Shown piece by piece: positions 29,636-39,426 of a stretch of 58,372 nt of DNA. The stretch is from Candidatus Micrarchaeota archaeon. Its GTDB lineage: Archaea > Micrarchaeota > Micrarchaeia > Micrarchaeales > Micrarchaeaceae. The first letter of the stretch is position 1. Each line of letters starts with the position of its first letter. The translations under genes were made by a program, and so were the position numbers. Under the pieces are notes generated by a model. It ran no database searches, was not told the DNA's origin, and worked only from the letters and a program-made list of their open reading frames with translations. Where the stretch lies: the NCBI GenBank assembly GCA_021806095.1, contig JAJZYD010000001.1, forward strand, positions 1 through 58,372, given 5' to 3'.

Positions 29636-30925
29636 ATGTTTGAAGGTTTGAAAAAGAAGCTGGCTGAAGCAGTTAATATATTCTCTAAAAAGGAAATAGA
29701 AGAAGAAGAAAAGAAAGAGGTAGAGGAGAAAATTGAAGAAAAAAAAGAGCAGGAGGTAGAACAACATCCAGAATCAAAAGATCAAGAAGAGAAACAAGAA
29801 AAGAAAAAAGAAGAATCAAATAAGCAAAAAGAAAGTGATGAAAGCAGTGAAAATATTCAAGTACACTCTAATAAAACAGAATCAAACGGAAAATCTGATA
29901 TTGAATCTATTTCTAAACCAGAAAACACATCAACTCTAAATACAAATTCAATCCAAAATAAAAATAAAGTAAGTGATGTAGTCAAAGCCCCAGATAATAA
30001 AAATAATAATGTTAATATTAAGCTTTCGTTATCAACAAAAATAAAAGGTGTGATTACTAAATCAATAACACTTAATGATAATGATATTGATAATTTTCTA
30101 GAAAATATAAAATTATTACTTTTAAAATCAGATGTTTCATACGATACAACGAATGATTTTATAGAAGAGATGCATATAAACCTCAAATCATCAAAATTTA
30201 ATGCAAGGAATATGCAAAATGAATTAATGGATGTTATAAAGCAGTCGCTTTATAATATATTAAATAGAAATGATGCTGGGGTTGATTTGATAAAATTCAT
30301 AAAAAATAAAATATCTTCAAATGAAATACCTGTAAAAGTCTTGTTTTTAGGTCCTAATGGAACAGGTAAAACAACAACAATTGCAAAGCTTGCATATATG
30401 CTTAAGAAAAATGGATTGAGTTCATGTATGTCCGCAAGTGATACATTTAGAGCAGCAGCCATAGAACAAACTGTTTATCATGCGAATAAGGTTGGTGTTC
30501 CGGTAATAAAACATAATTATGGATCAGATCCGGCTAGCGTTGCATTTGATGCAATAGCATTTGCAAAAAGTCATAATTTACATGTAGTACTTATTGATAG
30601 CGCAGGCAGGCAGGATACAAACAAGAATCTCATAAATGAGATGCAGAAAATAGTAAGAGTCTCAAAGCCGGATATAATTCTTTTTGTTGGTGAAAGCACA
30701 GCAGGAAGTGCGCTTATAAATCAAATTTCAGAATTTAATAAATTTATAAAAATTGATGGTATTATATTAACAAAATTAGATTGCGATGCAAAAGGCGGCA
30801 ATGCAATTTCAATAGCGCATGAAGTTGGAATTCCTATAATTTTTCTAGGTATTGGTGAAATGTATGATGCAATAGTGCCTTATTCACCTGAGTTTATTGT
30901 TAATTCGGTTGTAGGTACAGCATAA
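29636..30925 (+). CDS. ftsY: Signal recognition particle receptor FtsY
   Basis: Acidic/Lys-rich A domain followed by an NG domain: GPNGTGKTTT, DTFRAAA, DSAGR, TKLD. Confidence 0.93.
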   Translation: MFEGLKKKLAEAVNIFSKKEIEEEEKKEVEEKIEEKKEQEVEQHPESKDQEEKQEKKKEESNKQKESDESSENIQVHSNKTESNGKSDIESISKPENTSTLNTNSIQNKNKVSDVVKAPDNKNNNVNIKLSLSTKIKGVITKSITLNDNDIDNFLENIKLLLLKSDVSYDTTNDFIEEMHINLKSSKFNARNMQNELMDVIKQSLYNILNRNDAGVDLIKFIKNKISSNEIPVKVLFLGPNGTGKTTTIAKLAYMLKKNGLSSCMSASDTFRAAAIEQTVYHANKVGVPVIKHNYGSDPASVAFDAIAFAKSHNLHVVLIDSAGRQDTNKNLINEMQKIVRVSKPDIILFVGESTAGSALINQISEFNKFIKIDGIILTKLDCDAKGGNAISIAHEVGIPIIFLGIGEMYDAIVPYSPEFIVNSVVGTA

Positions 30926-30934
30926 ATAGGTAAT

Positions 30935-31013
30935 GCAGGGTATCAAAGATACCCTGCAAAGTGAGTCTTCATGGAAATGAAGACCTTCCGTATTGGAAAG
31001 GTATTTTCATACC
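30935..31013 (+). other. Cluster of three perfect hairpins (possible terminator or small structured RNA)
   Basis: gcagggtatc-aaa-gataccctgc (30935-30957, 10 bp); gtcttcat-ggaa-atgaagac (30965-30984, 8 bp); ggtat-tttc-atacc (31000-31013, 5 bp). Starts 10 nt after the ftsY stop and is more G+C-rich than the flanking spacer. Confidence 0.5.
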
Positions 31014-31188
31014 CCAATATTTATTACAATAACAAAGTATTTAAACATTTCTAATTTATTCCACTAATGTAATAAAGTAAATAAATATATAGTAAAGTAT
31101 ATATAATTTTTCATTTAATAATAAATTGAGGAGCGTGTCATATAGATGACTTTGCCTGCGCTATATAAATAGGCAAAAAAGTGAGTAA

Positions 31189-31479
31189 ATGGAAAACGAA
31201 AAACCTAATGGATTGGATGAAATATTGGCTATGGATTTTGCGCAAATTGTTGCAAAAATTTATGGTACAATATTAGAGGAAATGGATCAAGAAGTAAGAG
31301 AAAATGCAGTAGTAAGAGGAACAGAGTTGGTTGAGACGTTGTATGCAATCGTCTTGAGCATAGTGCAGTATGATGCACTTGCATTCAAGATCCTTCATAG
31401 TGAAGGTATAGATCGCGAATTCAAAGTCAATGTCAAAATCAGCGGAAGTGACTCTACAGATTGGTCATTGCCCAGTTAA
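31189..31479 (+). CDS. Hypothetical small acidic protein (96 aa)
   Basis: Clean ORF with a GTGAG SD-like motif. Richer in G+C than its neighbours. Has its own TATA-like box and a hairpin terminator. No recognisable motifs. Confidence 0.5.
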   Translation: MENEKPNGLDEILAMDFAQIVAKIYGTILEEMDQEVRENAVVRGTELVETLYAIVLSIVQYDALAFKILHSEGIDREFKVNVKISGSDSTDWSLPS

Positions 31480-31487
31480 ATGGGTAT

Positions 31488-31520
31488 GTGGGGCTTTGCC
31501 CCACTTCCTCTCTCTGCTTT
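31488..31520 (+). terminator. Hairpin plus pyrimidine/T-rich tract
   Basis: gtggggc-ttt-gccccac (31488-31504) followed by ttcctctctctgctttttcttttt, 9 nt after the stop of the 96-aa ORF. Confidence 0.55.
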
Positions 31521-31674
31521 TTCTTTTTAGATATAAAAATAGTCAGAAACGAAAGCCAAAATAAAAGATAAACTTTATATTTCTGCGTTTTAATATTGTT
31601 ATATTTTTATTATAATATAAAATAATTAAATATAAAACTTTCAGGATTTTGTTTATTATTATATTGTGATTATT

Positions 31675-32994
31675 ATGGATAGCAGACTTACTAATATTGA
31701 AGAACTTATACTTAAGCAGCTTATAGGAAAATTCGTTGAAGTAACTGATGAGGAGCAAAGAAGAGAAATAATTAAAAAAACTGCACGTGATATATCTTCG
31801 AGTTTATCCCCCGCAGATATTGAAGAAATAATCAATGATATAAATGATCTTAAGCCAATATCAGATTTCTTGAATGCGCAGAATGTTGAAGATATAATGG
31901 TAAATAATACTAAAAATGTTTTTATCTATGATTCGAAAAAAGGATTTGGTAAACTATCTTCTAGATTCAACAGTAAAGAAGAGTTGAACAAATTCGTAGA
32001 TAAATTAAAGCTTTATATGACAAATTGGAGCTCAAATGGTAACATAATGGATATACATATGCCTAGTGGTAGTAGGGCAAATATTGTAGAATCTCCGCTT
32101 GGTTATGATATAACAATAAGAAATTTTAGGAGAGAACCGTTAAGTATAATAGATTTAATAAACAACAATACAATTGATTATAATATTGCGGCAAGGCTTT
32201 GGCTTTATACTGATGGATTTAGAGTCAAGCCGGCAAATATTTTGATAGGTGGTATACCAGCTTCGGGAAAGACAACAATGCTTAATTCATTATTCTCATT
32301 TTTTAGGCCGGATAAAAGAATAGTCACAATAGAAGAAACATATGAACTTAACTCAAGCACCCATGATAATACTGTAAGATTAGAAACAAGCAACAATATG
32401 GAAATGATAGATTTGGTAAAAAATGCCCTAAGAATGAGGCCAGACATTATTATTATAGGAGAAGTTAGAGGTGCAGAAGCAAATGATATGATAACTGCAA
32501 TGAACATAGGAAAGATTTCGATGGGCACAATACATGCATCATCTTCAAGGGATATAATAACAAGGCTCGAACATTCGCCTATGAACGTGCCAAGAGATGT
32601 ACTTAATGTTATTGATGTGCTTATGGTAATATCAATGGTATATAAAAAGGGCATACCTTCAAGAAAGGTTGTGCAGATATCTGAAGTTTCAGGAATGGAA
32701 GGAACTCAAACACTTATATCAGATCTTTACAAATATGATTATAAAACAAATTCTGCATCGCCAATATTACCAAGTGTAACATATAGGGATGCACTCGCAA
32801 AAGTAATTGGTGTTCCTCCAACAGACATACTTGCAGAAGAGGTAGTTCGCGCAAGAATAATTGAGCAGCTTAATAAGCATGGTATTAGAGATATGAAAAG
32901 TATTAGTGAAGCGGTTATGGAATATTATAGTGATCCAGAACATTTGCTTCAAAAATTAGGGTTAGCAAATTTAACACCAATAATAAAATTATAA
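31675..32994 (+). CDS. Type II/IV secretion family ATPase (archaeal FlaI/PilB/VirB11-like)
   Basis: Walker A GGIPASGKTT, Asp/Walker B block RPDIIIIGEVRG, His box GTIHASS. The ATG at 31675 is preceded by GTGA; the ORF track starts at GTG 31666. Confidence 0.88.
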   Translation: MDSRLTNIEELILKQLIGKFVEVTDEEQRREIIKKTARDISSSLSPADIEEIINDINDLKPISDFLNAQNVEDIMVNNTKNVFIYDSKKGFGKLSSRFNSKEELNKFVDKLKLYMTNWSSNGNIMDIHMPSGSRANIVESPLGYDITIRNFRREPLSIIDLINNNTIDYNIAARLWLYTDGFRVKPANILIGGIPASGKTTMLNSLFSFFRPDKRIVTIEETYELNSSTHDNTVRLETSNNMEMIDLVKNALRMRPDIIIIGEVRGAEANDMITAMNIGKISMGTIHASSSRDIITRLEHSPMNVPRDVLNVIDVLMVISMVYKKGIPSRKVVQISEVSGMEGTQTLISDLYKYDYKTNSASPILPSVTYRDALAKVIGVPPTDILAEEVVRARIIEQLNKHGIRDMKSISEAVMEYYSDPEHLLQKLGLANLTPIIKL

Positions 32995-33008
32995 TATAAG
33001 GTTTTAGT

Positions 33009-33968
33009 ATGGATTTGAGAGCATTGGATTTTAGGCAAGATTTAAAAATTCTTGTGATGTTTCTTATCGTGCAATTTTTTGGCATCTTAATTGCAACCCA
33101 AATCTATAATGGATTGAGCTTGGTTCAACTGCAGAGTTATCAAACCTCATCAAGTGTATACAGCCCTATTTATTATATTATAACAATTGCATTTATTGCT
33201 CTCATAATTGTGATTTTATTTAAGAGCATCAAAGGAAAAAAGCTGCTTTTTATATTTGAAGCGATTGCTGTATTGATAGGCTCTTTTTATTTCTTTGGAT
33301 TTATATTAGAGATATTTATAAATAATTTTATGCTTGTGTTTTTTCTTTCTTTAATCCTGGCTGTTTTAACATATTTGTTCAAACGAAAATATAAAGGTTT
33401 TAGAAATATTGCAACAATGATTATGTGTATAGGTTTGGGGGTTATTATCGGGATAGGATTGCCTTTTTATCTTGTAATAATTTTGATGTTTCTGTTAGCC
33501 GCTTATGATTTCATAATGGTATTTATAACAAAGTATATGATAACAATGGGTCAAGCAGCAATGGATATGAATCTTGCTTTGCTTGTTGCAGTAGGTGAAG
33601 CGGAAGCCGTACCAAAAAGTGAACTAAAGAGCAACGAAGTAAAACAGTATGAGGAGCACAAGAAAAAGCTAAAAGAATATCCTAAAATACTCAACACTAT
33701 TGATAAAAAAGGCTATATTCCTATATATGGCCAGAGAGCATTAGGCAATGGTGATATGGCTCTGCCGCTTGTTGTAGCTGTATCTGCTTATGCTGTATAT
33801 CAAAGTTTCCTTTTTAGCCTATTTATTGTAATAGGTGGGACTATTGGATTAATTTTAACATTTTTAATACAAGTCAAATACAGAAAGCCACTGCCTGCAA
33901 TACCTCCTTTATTATTTGGGATATTAATAATGATGTTTATTTATTATATAATATTTATTATATTATAA
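33009..33968 (+). CDS. Presenilin/signal peptide peptidase-family intramembrane aspartyl protease (A22-like)
   Basis: About 9 TM helices with YD (LLAAYDFIMVF), GxGD-x3-P (LGNGDMALP) and PAL-like (PLPAIPP) motifs in the order and spacing of archaeal PSH/SPP. Confidence 0.65.
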   Translation: MDLRALDFRQDLKILVMFLIVQFFGILIATQIYNGLSLVQLQSYQTSSSVYSPIYYIITIAFIALIIVILFKSIKGKKLLFIFEAIAVLIGSFYFFGFILEIFINNFMLVFFLSLILAVLTYLFKRKYKGFRNIATMIMCIGLGVIIGIGLPFYLVIILMFLLAAYDFIMVFITKYMITMGQAAMDMNLALLVAVGEAEAVPKSELKSNEVKQYEEHKKKLKEYPKILNTIDKKGYIPIYGQRALGNGDMALPLVVAVSAYAVYQSFLFSLFIVIGGTIGLILTFLIQVKYRKPLPAIPPLLFGILIMMFIYYIIFIIL

Positions 33969-34058
33969 TTTTAAGTGCTGAAATTTATAATATTATAATA
34001 AATTCTTCTCTGCCTTATTTAACAAACTATTGAAAAATAGAGAAAAATATATAGTATA

Positions 34059-34751
34059 TTATATTTTGTTTAATCTTTCTTCTATGCTTTTAATATCAAG
34101 TTTTGTAGTGATTAAAGGTATTTTTTCAACTTGGGCTATCTTTATAGCAAGTTTATCTACATTTATTATATTATGCAATACTACAAGCCTTGGTTTTATT
34201 GGTGCTACTCTTATTACAACCATTGGTGACCTTCCTGACGATACATGTTCAAAGATAAAGACACGTTCAGTTGTTGAGCCAAAGAGCTTTGGATATTCAG
34301 AAGGGGACATTTCTAATATAATTTTTAAACTATCTATAATTGTATAGCCAAAAAGTTTGATATTATCAATGTAATTTGGATTAGCCACTATTTTTCCTTC
34401 TATAATTCTACTAAAGTCCATTCCACTGATAGGTGCTACAAAATCATGTAGTTTATATGTGGGATTTTCTGGTCCACTTTCTGTCGCGAAACGTTCAAGA
34501 TTTTGTTTTACAAGGCTGCCTTTTTCTTCATCTATTAAAAATAATGCATCAACAAATCTTCTAATAACTGCAACACCAGGACTAAGTCTTCTATTGCTTT
34601 CATAATCACTTATTGTTGAGGTTGAAACTTTTATTGTTTTTGCAAGTTCTATCTGTGTTATCCCAAATAGCTCCCTCCATTTCTTCATCGCACTTCCAGG
34701 ACTATCTGAAAGCGAAATTTCCCCTGCTATTTTTATTTTCAAATTATCCAT
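34059..34751 (-). CDS. XRE-type HTH transcriptional regulator (archaeal COG1395-like)
   Basis: HTH_3 core (MKKWRELFGITQIELAKTIKVSTSTISDYESNRR) plus a conserved C-terminal domain. Confidence 0.7.
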   Translation of the reverse strand: MDNLKIKIAGEISLSDSPGSAMKKWRELFGITQIELAKTIKVSTSTISDYESNRRLSPGVAVIRRFVDALFLIDEEKGSLVKQNLERFATESGPENPTYKLHDFVAPISGMDFSRIIEGKIVANPNYIDNIKLFGYTIIDSLKIILEMSPSEYPKLFGSTTERVFIFEHVSSGRSPMVVIRVAPIKPRLVVLHNIINVDKLAIKIAQVEKIPLITTKLDIKSIEERLNKI

Positions 34752-34871
34752 ATAACTCTCTATTTCTTTTTATAAATTATTTAATTATAATATAAATATA
34801 ATGTTAATATAATATTAACTATAATATAAATATAATAATATCAATAATTATATATTATTTGTTATATTCCA

Positions 34872-35714
34872 CTATTTTCTATTTTTGGTTTTCTTTGTTT
34901 TGCTTTTTACCCTATCTTTTATATTTGTTTTTCCGCTTATACGCCTATTTTTATATTTTTTATACTTTTTTTCTATTCCTTCATAAAGTTTATTGACATC
35001 GGAAAGACTTATCTGTTCTTTACCTTCTTCTGTCTTTATAGTAATTGATTTTGGATTTTTTAGAAGCCCATATATAATTAAGGCTAATCCTATTAAAAAA
35101 ACTACGAAGAAAGCCCCGCCAAACCACATACTTTCATTTAATAAATTCTTCAAATTACTAAAAGCGGGATTATTTAGTGTGGCATTTGTTATTGGCGGAA
35201 TGTAAATAAAGCTCACATTTACAATTTTTGATAATGAAGCACTTCCTTTCATATTATCTATTACGGCTTCATAATTTCCAGCATTTAATACTAAAGTGTT
35301 TGAAGCAAATATTGGAACTGTTGTTATATTTTGCACGAGTCCTATGGGCATTGTTGCATTTGTTATATTATTGAAAATATAATAGACACCACTGTTTTCT
35401 AATCTTTTAGCACTTGATAAACCTGTAATGCCATTGTCAACATCCGCCTTCCATTCTGAAAATGCACTGTTACTCATAAAATAAAAATTAATCTTTGATT
35501 TAGATACTATTATACTTGTCAAAGGAGCTGAAGTATTAAATACTACAGGATAAGATACAAAGCTATTGCTTTCTATTTTAAAATTCTTTACTACTGTAAT
35601 ATTTGAAATTCCACCGACTAAATTATTACTAGATAATAAGCTACTTTCATATAGCAACAGCAGCATTGATATTATTAAAATAATAATTCCTATATAAATA
35701 ATATTTTTCATCAT
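34872..35714 (-). CDS. Hypothetical membrane-anchored extracellular protein
   Basis: N-terminal TM/signal, an Asn/Ser-rich ectodomain, a C-terminal TM (FGGAFFVVFLIGLALIIYGLL) and a Lys-rich tail. Confidence 0.45.
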   Translation of the reverse strand: MMKNIIYIGIIILIISMLLLLYESSLLSSNNLVGGISNITVVKNFKIESNSFVSYPVVFNTSAPLTSIIVSKSKINFYFMSNSAFSEWKADVDNGITGLSSAKRLENSGVYYIFNNITNATMPIGLVQNITTVPIFASNTLVLNAGNYEAVIDNMKGSASLSKIVNVSFIYIPPITNATLNNPAFSNLKNLLNESMWFGGAFFVVFLIGLALIIYGLLKNPKSITIKTEEGKEQISLSDVNKLYEGIEKKYKKYKNRRISGKTNIKDRVKSKTKKTKNRK

Positions 35715-35934
35715 TTAAATCCCAGTTTAATAATATTTAGTACATCAATAAAACAAAAATACAAATGTCATATAAATATATATAAACATAATATTATATT
35801 ATTATATTATTATATTTTTGCCATATATTATTAAATATATATTAATGTGTATATTGTTACAAATTAAATCAATAAATTATAATATACACCTGTAATATGA
35901 ATTGATAATTGAAGTTTGAGATCAAGTTGATTTA

Positions 35935-36678
35935 ATGAGAACTAATAATGGAAACAGATTTGAATTTGGCATATTTGGATTTGATTCAATGCTAAGTAAT
36001 GGAATGCCTTATGGAAATCAGGTGCTCATAGCCGGTAGCCCTGGATGTGGGAAGACATTGATGGCTTTTGAAATTATTTATAGGAATGCAATTAAAGGCA
36101 ATCCTGGTTTAATAATTTTATTTGAACAAAAAGTAGAGGATTTTATAGATAATGTAAAAGATGCATTTTCAGATCAAGATGATATAGACAAACTAATTGA
36201 AAACAAAGTGATAAAAATAATAAATATAGATATAATGCTTAATTTTACAAAAGCAGATGGCAATGATATGTTTTTAACTTTTAAAAACATTGTCAATAGA
36301 ATTGAAGAAGAAATTAAAAGTTTTAATCCAAAATGTGTAGTTATTGATTCAATTTCTTTGCTTAAATTTATTGCTTCAAACGAGAATATTTTGGTATACA
36401 GAAAAAGCATTTTTGTACTAATTACATTGCTACATAATTATAATATAACAGCATTCTTTACAATTGATAATTCATCAATTTCTCGAGAAGAGTTAGTATT
36501 TCAGCCGGAATTCTATATATTTGATGGAGTTATAATGCTTTATGCAGGTATTGAAAGTATAAGGCGCGAATTTACCCTTGAAATATTAAAAATTAGAGGA
36601 GCGGCACATAGCAAAACAATTGCTTCTTATATAATAACTGCAAGAGGTTTTTCAATACTTTCAAATGAGGTGGCATAA
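35935..36678 (+). CDS. KaiC/RecA-superfamily ATPase (single domain)
   Basis: Walker A GSPGCGKT and Walker B CVVIDSIS. About 247 aa, typical of archaeal KaiC-like proteins. Confidence 0.75.
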   Translation: MRTNNGNRFEFGIFGFDSMLSNGMPYGNQVLIAGSPGCGKTLMAFEIIYRNAIKGNPGLIILFEQKVEDFIDNVKDAFSDQDDIDKLIENKVIKIINIDIMLNFTKADGNDMFLTFKNIVNRIEEEIKSFNPKCVVIDSISLLKFIASNENILVYRKSIFVLITLLHNYNITAFFTIDNSSISREELVFQPEFYIFDGVIMLYAGIESIRREFTLEILKIRGAAHSKTIASYIITARGFSILSNEVA

Positions 36679-37902
36679 TTGGTAAATCAGATGCAAAATA
36701 TAACAAGTGCAAAACAAACACCGCAGGAAAAGATTAAATCATTAATAGGTGGACTAACAAATAAAGAAAAAAATATTATTTTGTTTGCTTTTCTTATGTT
36801 AGTAATTATTGCTATTTTTTATTATATAAGCACTCTTAATAGTTCAACAACAGTGGTTATTAGGAGCAGTGTAGCAGCTAAGTGTGGATATTCATCAAAT
36901 TATTCTAAATGTATTGAAACTATTGCTATACAATCAGATAATACAACTACTTGCAATAGCACTTTAGCAGGTAATACAAAAATCAACTGTATCTATAATG
37001 TAGCATTAAAAAACAACAATATCACACAATGCAATGAACTAAATTCCAGTTATAATTATTCAATTAATTGCAAATTAGCAGTTATAAACAAAACAAAAAA
37101 TTATAGTGCATGTAGTTCTATACAACAACCTTATAGTAGTTTTTGTTTATATGCAGCTTCAAAGTCCGAAAATTTCTCAAATTTAAGTGCGTGTTCAAAA
37201 ATACAAAATAAAACAGATGCAATTACATGCAATAATTTATATTATCTTAATCTTGCTATAAAAAATAAATCTGCAAATGATTGCTCTTATCTAAGTAATA
37301 CTACAAGTTTCTCTGATATATTAACTCTTATAAATTATAATTCATCATCAAATACATTGCAGCAAAATATAAACAATATTACCTCTACTTCTTACTTCAG
37401 TCAAATAAATTTCACTAATTATCAAATGTTTTTGAATTCGACTCCAAGAGATTATTGCTATTATAAGCTTGCTGAAATAGAAAATAATTCATCAACATGT
37501 AATTCTATAATATCAAATATTTATAGAAATGAATGTCTCTATAAATTAACACCACACCAGCCGCCACCATTAATTAATATAAATTATAATGCGTCAAATG
37601 CAACGCTAGCATGTAAAAATAATACAAATACCATAATTAAAAGTTGTTATATTCTGTATAATTTTCATAATGCAATTGAAAGTGAGAATGTTATTGGATG
37701 TAATATTTTTGGAAACTCAAGCGCAGGATCTATATGTGTTATGTCTATTGCTCTTAAAGAATTAAATACAAGCACATGCAATAGTGTATATAATACAACA
37801 TTACGTGGGATATGTTCTAATACTATAAATATATTAAAAATATATAGAATTCCCCAAAACATAACCAATACAACAAACTTTATTGCACCAAACATTACAT
37901 AA
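36679..37902 (+). CDS. Secreted Cys-rich, Asn-rich repeat protein
   Basis: N-terminal TM (IILFAFLMLVIIAIFYYI). At least 10 tandem ~23-25-aa units with paired Cys (C-x9-12-C-x3-hydrophobic-A). Very dense N-x-S/T. TTG start abuts the KaiC-like stop; an ATG at 36691 is the alternative start. Confidence 0.5.
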   Translation: MVNQMQNITSAKQTPQEKIKSLIGGLTNKEKNIILFAFLMLVIIAIFYYISTLNSSTTVVIRSSVAAKCGYSSNYSKCIETIAIQSDNTTTCNSTLAGNTKINCIYNVALKNNNITQCNELNSSYNYSINCKLAVINKTKNYSACSSIQQPYSSFCLYAASKSENFSNLSACSKIQNKTDAITCNNLYYLNLAIKNKSANDCSYLSNTTSFSDILTLINYNSSSNTLQQNINNITSTSYFSQINFTNYQMFLNSTPRDYCYYKLAEIENNSSTCNSIISNIYRNECLYKLTPHQPPPLININYNASNATLACKNNTNTIIKSCYILYNFHNAIESENVIGCNIFGNSSAGSICVMSIALKELNTSTCNSVYNTTLRGICSNTINILKIYRIPQNITNTTNFIAPNIT

Positions 37903-37920
37903 TCTTTTTTCGTGTTTTTT

Positions 37921-39369
37921 ATGGATGATGATATTGAAGAATATATTATTACAGGAATTAAGAATTTATATAAAGAGGGATATATTTATACAGTGATACC
38001 TACAAACATAAACAAAAATGTAGATTTAAAAATAACTAAATTTAAAAGTAATATAAAACTAAATTTATATGCAAAAATAAAATATCGAGTCCAAGAACAG
38101 AATTTTGATATTATATCTAATAAAGATTACAACAAAGTAACAAAAGTAGAGTATGAAGATATAATCCAAAAATTTATTGAAAATATTTCAACGTTTATCA
38201 ATGATGAGAAAAGTTCTGATTTAAATATAAAAAATAATATACTAAATAAATTAACAGTCAATATGCTTTCAGATTTAAAAGAAATTGCATTAATCATTAT
38301 TAAGCATGCTATTACTGGCGCCCCAATAATCATACGATTTCATAATGATTCCGATGGTTCGAGCGGCGCACTTGCACTTTATAAAGCGCTTGTTGTACTA
38401 TTTGGTCAAAAATATTCATCTATTGAAAATTTATCCATATTTTGGAGATTAAATAAAAGCATTAAATACAGTATGGAAGAATTTTATGAAGATACAGTTT
38501 TATTTGAACTTTATACTACGGTTGAAAAACCTACAGTGATTATAATAGATTTTGGTACAACACCTGAGAGTGAAGATACAATTTCACTTGCTAATAATTA
38601 TAATATTATAATTCTTGATCATCATCCGGTTTATGAGCGCTTTCCAGTTTCAAAATTAACAAAATATATAAATCCTTGGAATTATTCTGGAGATTCAAAT
38701 TATACTGCAGGTTTTCTTGTAGGTGTGCTTGCAAAAATAATTATAGGTAATAACATTAAGATTATTGATAAACTTATGAGTGCATCACTTATAGGTGATC
38801 ATAGTATATATGCTGATATAAACGATAAAGAAGCGGAAAAAATTAGCAATGTTCTTGATTATTTAACTGGAAAGGCACAATCATTTAGCATAGAAAAAAC
38901 ATTAGGTAATATAGAAGATGAGAGTAAACTGAAAATGATGTTTATTCATTCAACAAGAATATTTGAAGAGGCTCTTAATTCTTCATTAAAATATATACGA
39001 CATTATACTGGATATAATGGAACTAATATATTTGTTCTTGACTTTAATCATGTTGAAAGAATTGAAGAAGATTTTCCTTTACCTGGAAGATTTAGTACAA
39101 AACTCCATGATAATCTAGAATCTCTTAATGGTTCAAATATTACAATAGTGCATTATGGAAACTATATTTCTCTAAGAATAAGCTCTAATATTTTAGATTA
39201 TATTGATATAATGAAAACTTTTGAAAAACTTAAAAGTATTAATAAAAATATATACTCTTTTGGTGGACATAAATCAGCAGCAAGTGTAAGAATTAACAAA
39301 TTTTATATTACAAGTGTATTAAAAAATCTTTTAGAATTGCTTGGTGTTACAAATATAAAGAAATTTTAA
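37921..39369 (+). CDS. DHH/DHHA1 phosphoesterase (RecJ/GAN-like)
   Basis: Motifs RFHNDSDGSSGA (DHH I/II), IIILDHHP (DHH III) and GGHKSAAS (DHHA1). The ORF track starts at GTG 37912. Confidence 0.6.
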   Translation: MDDDIEEYIITGIKNLYKEGYIYTVIPTNINKNVDLKITKFKSNIKLNLYAKIKYRVQEQNFDIISNKDYNKVTKVEYEDIIQKFIENISTFINDEKSSDLNIKNNILNKLTVNMLSDLKEIALIIIKHAITGAPIIIRFHNDSDGSSGALALYKALVVLFGQKYSSIENLSIFWRLNKSIKYSMEEFYEDTVLFELYTTVEKPTVIIIDFGTTPESEDTISLANNYNIIILDHHPVYERFPVSKLTKYINPWNYSGDSNYTAGFLVGVLAKIIIGNNIKIIDKLMSASLIGDHSIYADINDKEAEKISNVLDYLTGKAQSFSIEKTLGNIEDESKLKMMFIHSTRIFEEALNSSLKYIRHYTGYNGTNIFVLDFNHVERIEEDFPLPGRFSTKLHDNLESLNGSNITIVHYGNYISLRISSNILDYIDIMKTFEKLKSINKNIYSFGGHKSAASVRINKFYITSVLKNLLELLGVTNIKKF

Positions 39370-39426
39370 TTTATAAAATATGATAAATATATAAATAAAT
39401 ATACAAATAGAATACAAAATTAAAAA

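Noticed and set aside
34030-34347. 105-aa plus-strand hydrophobic ORF
   Set aside because: It is antisense to the conserved HTH regulator gene (34059-34751).
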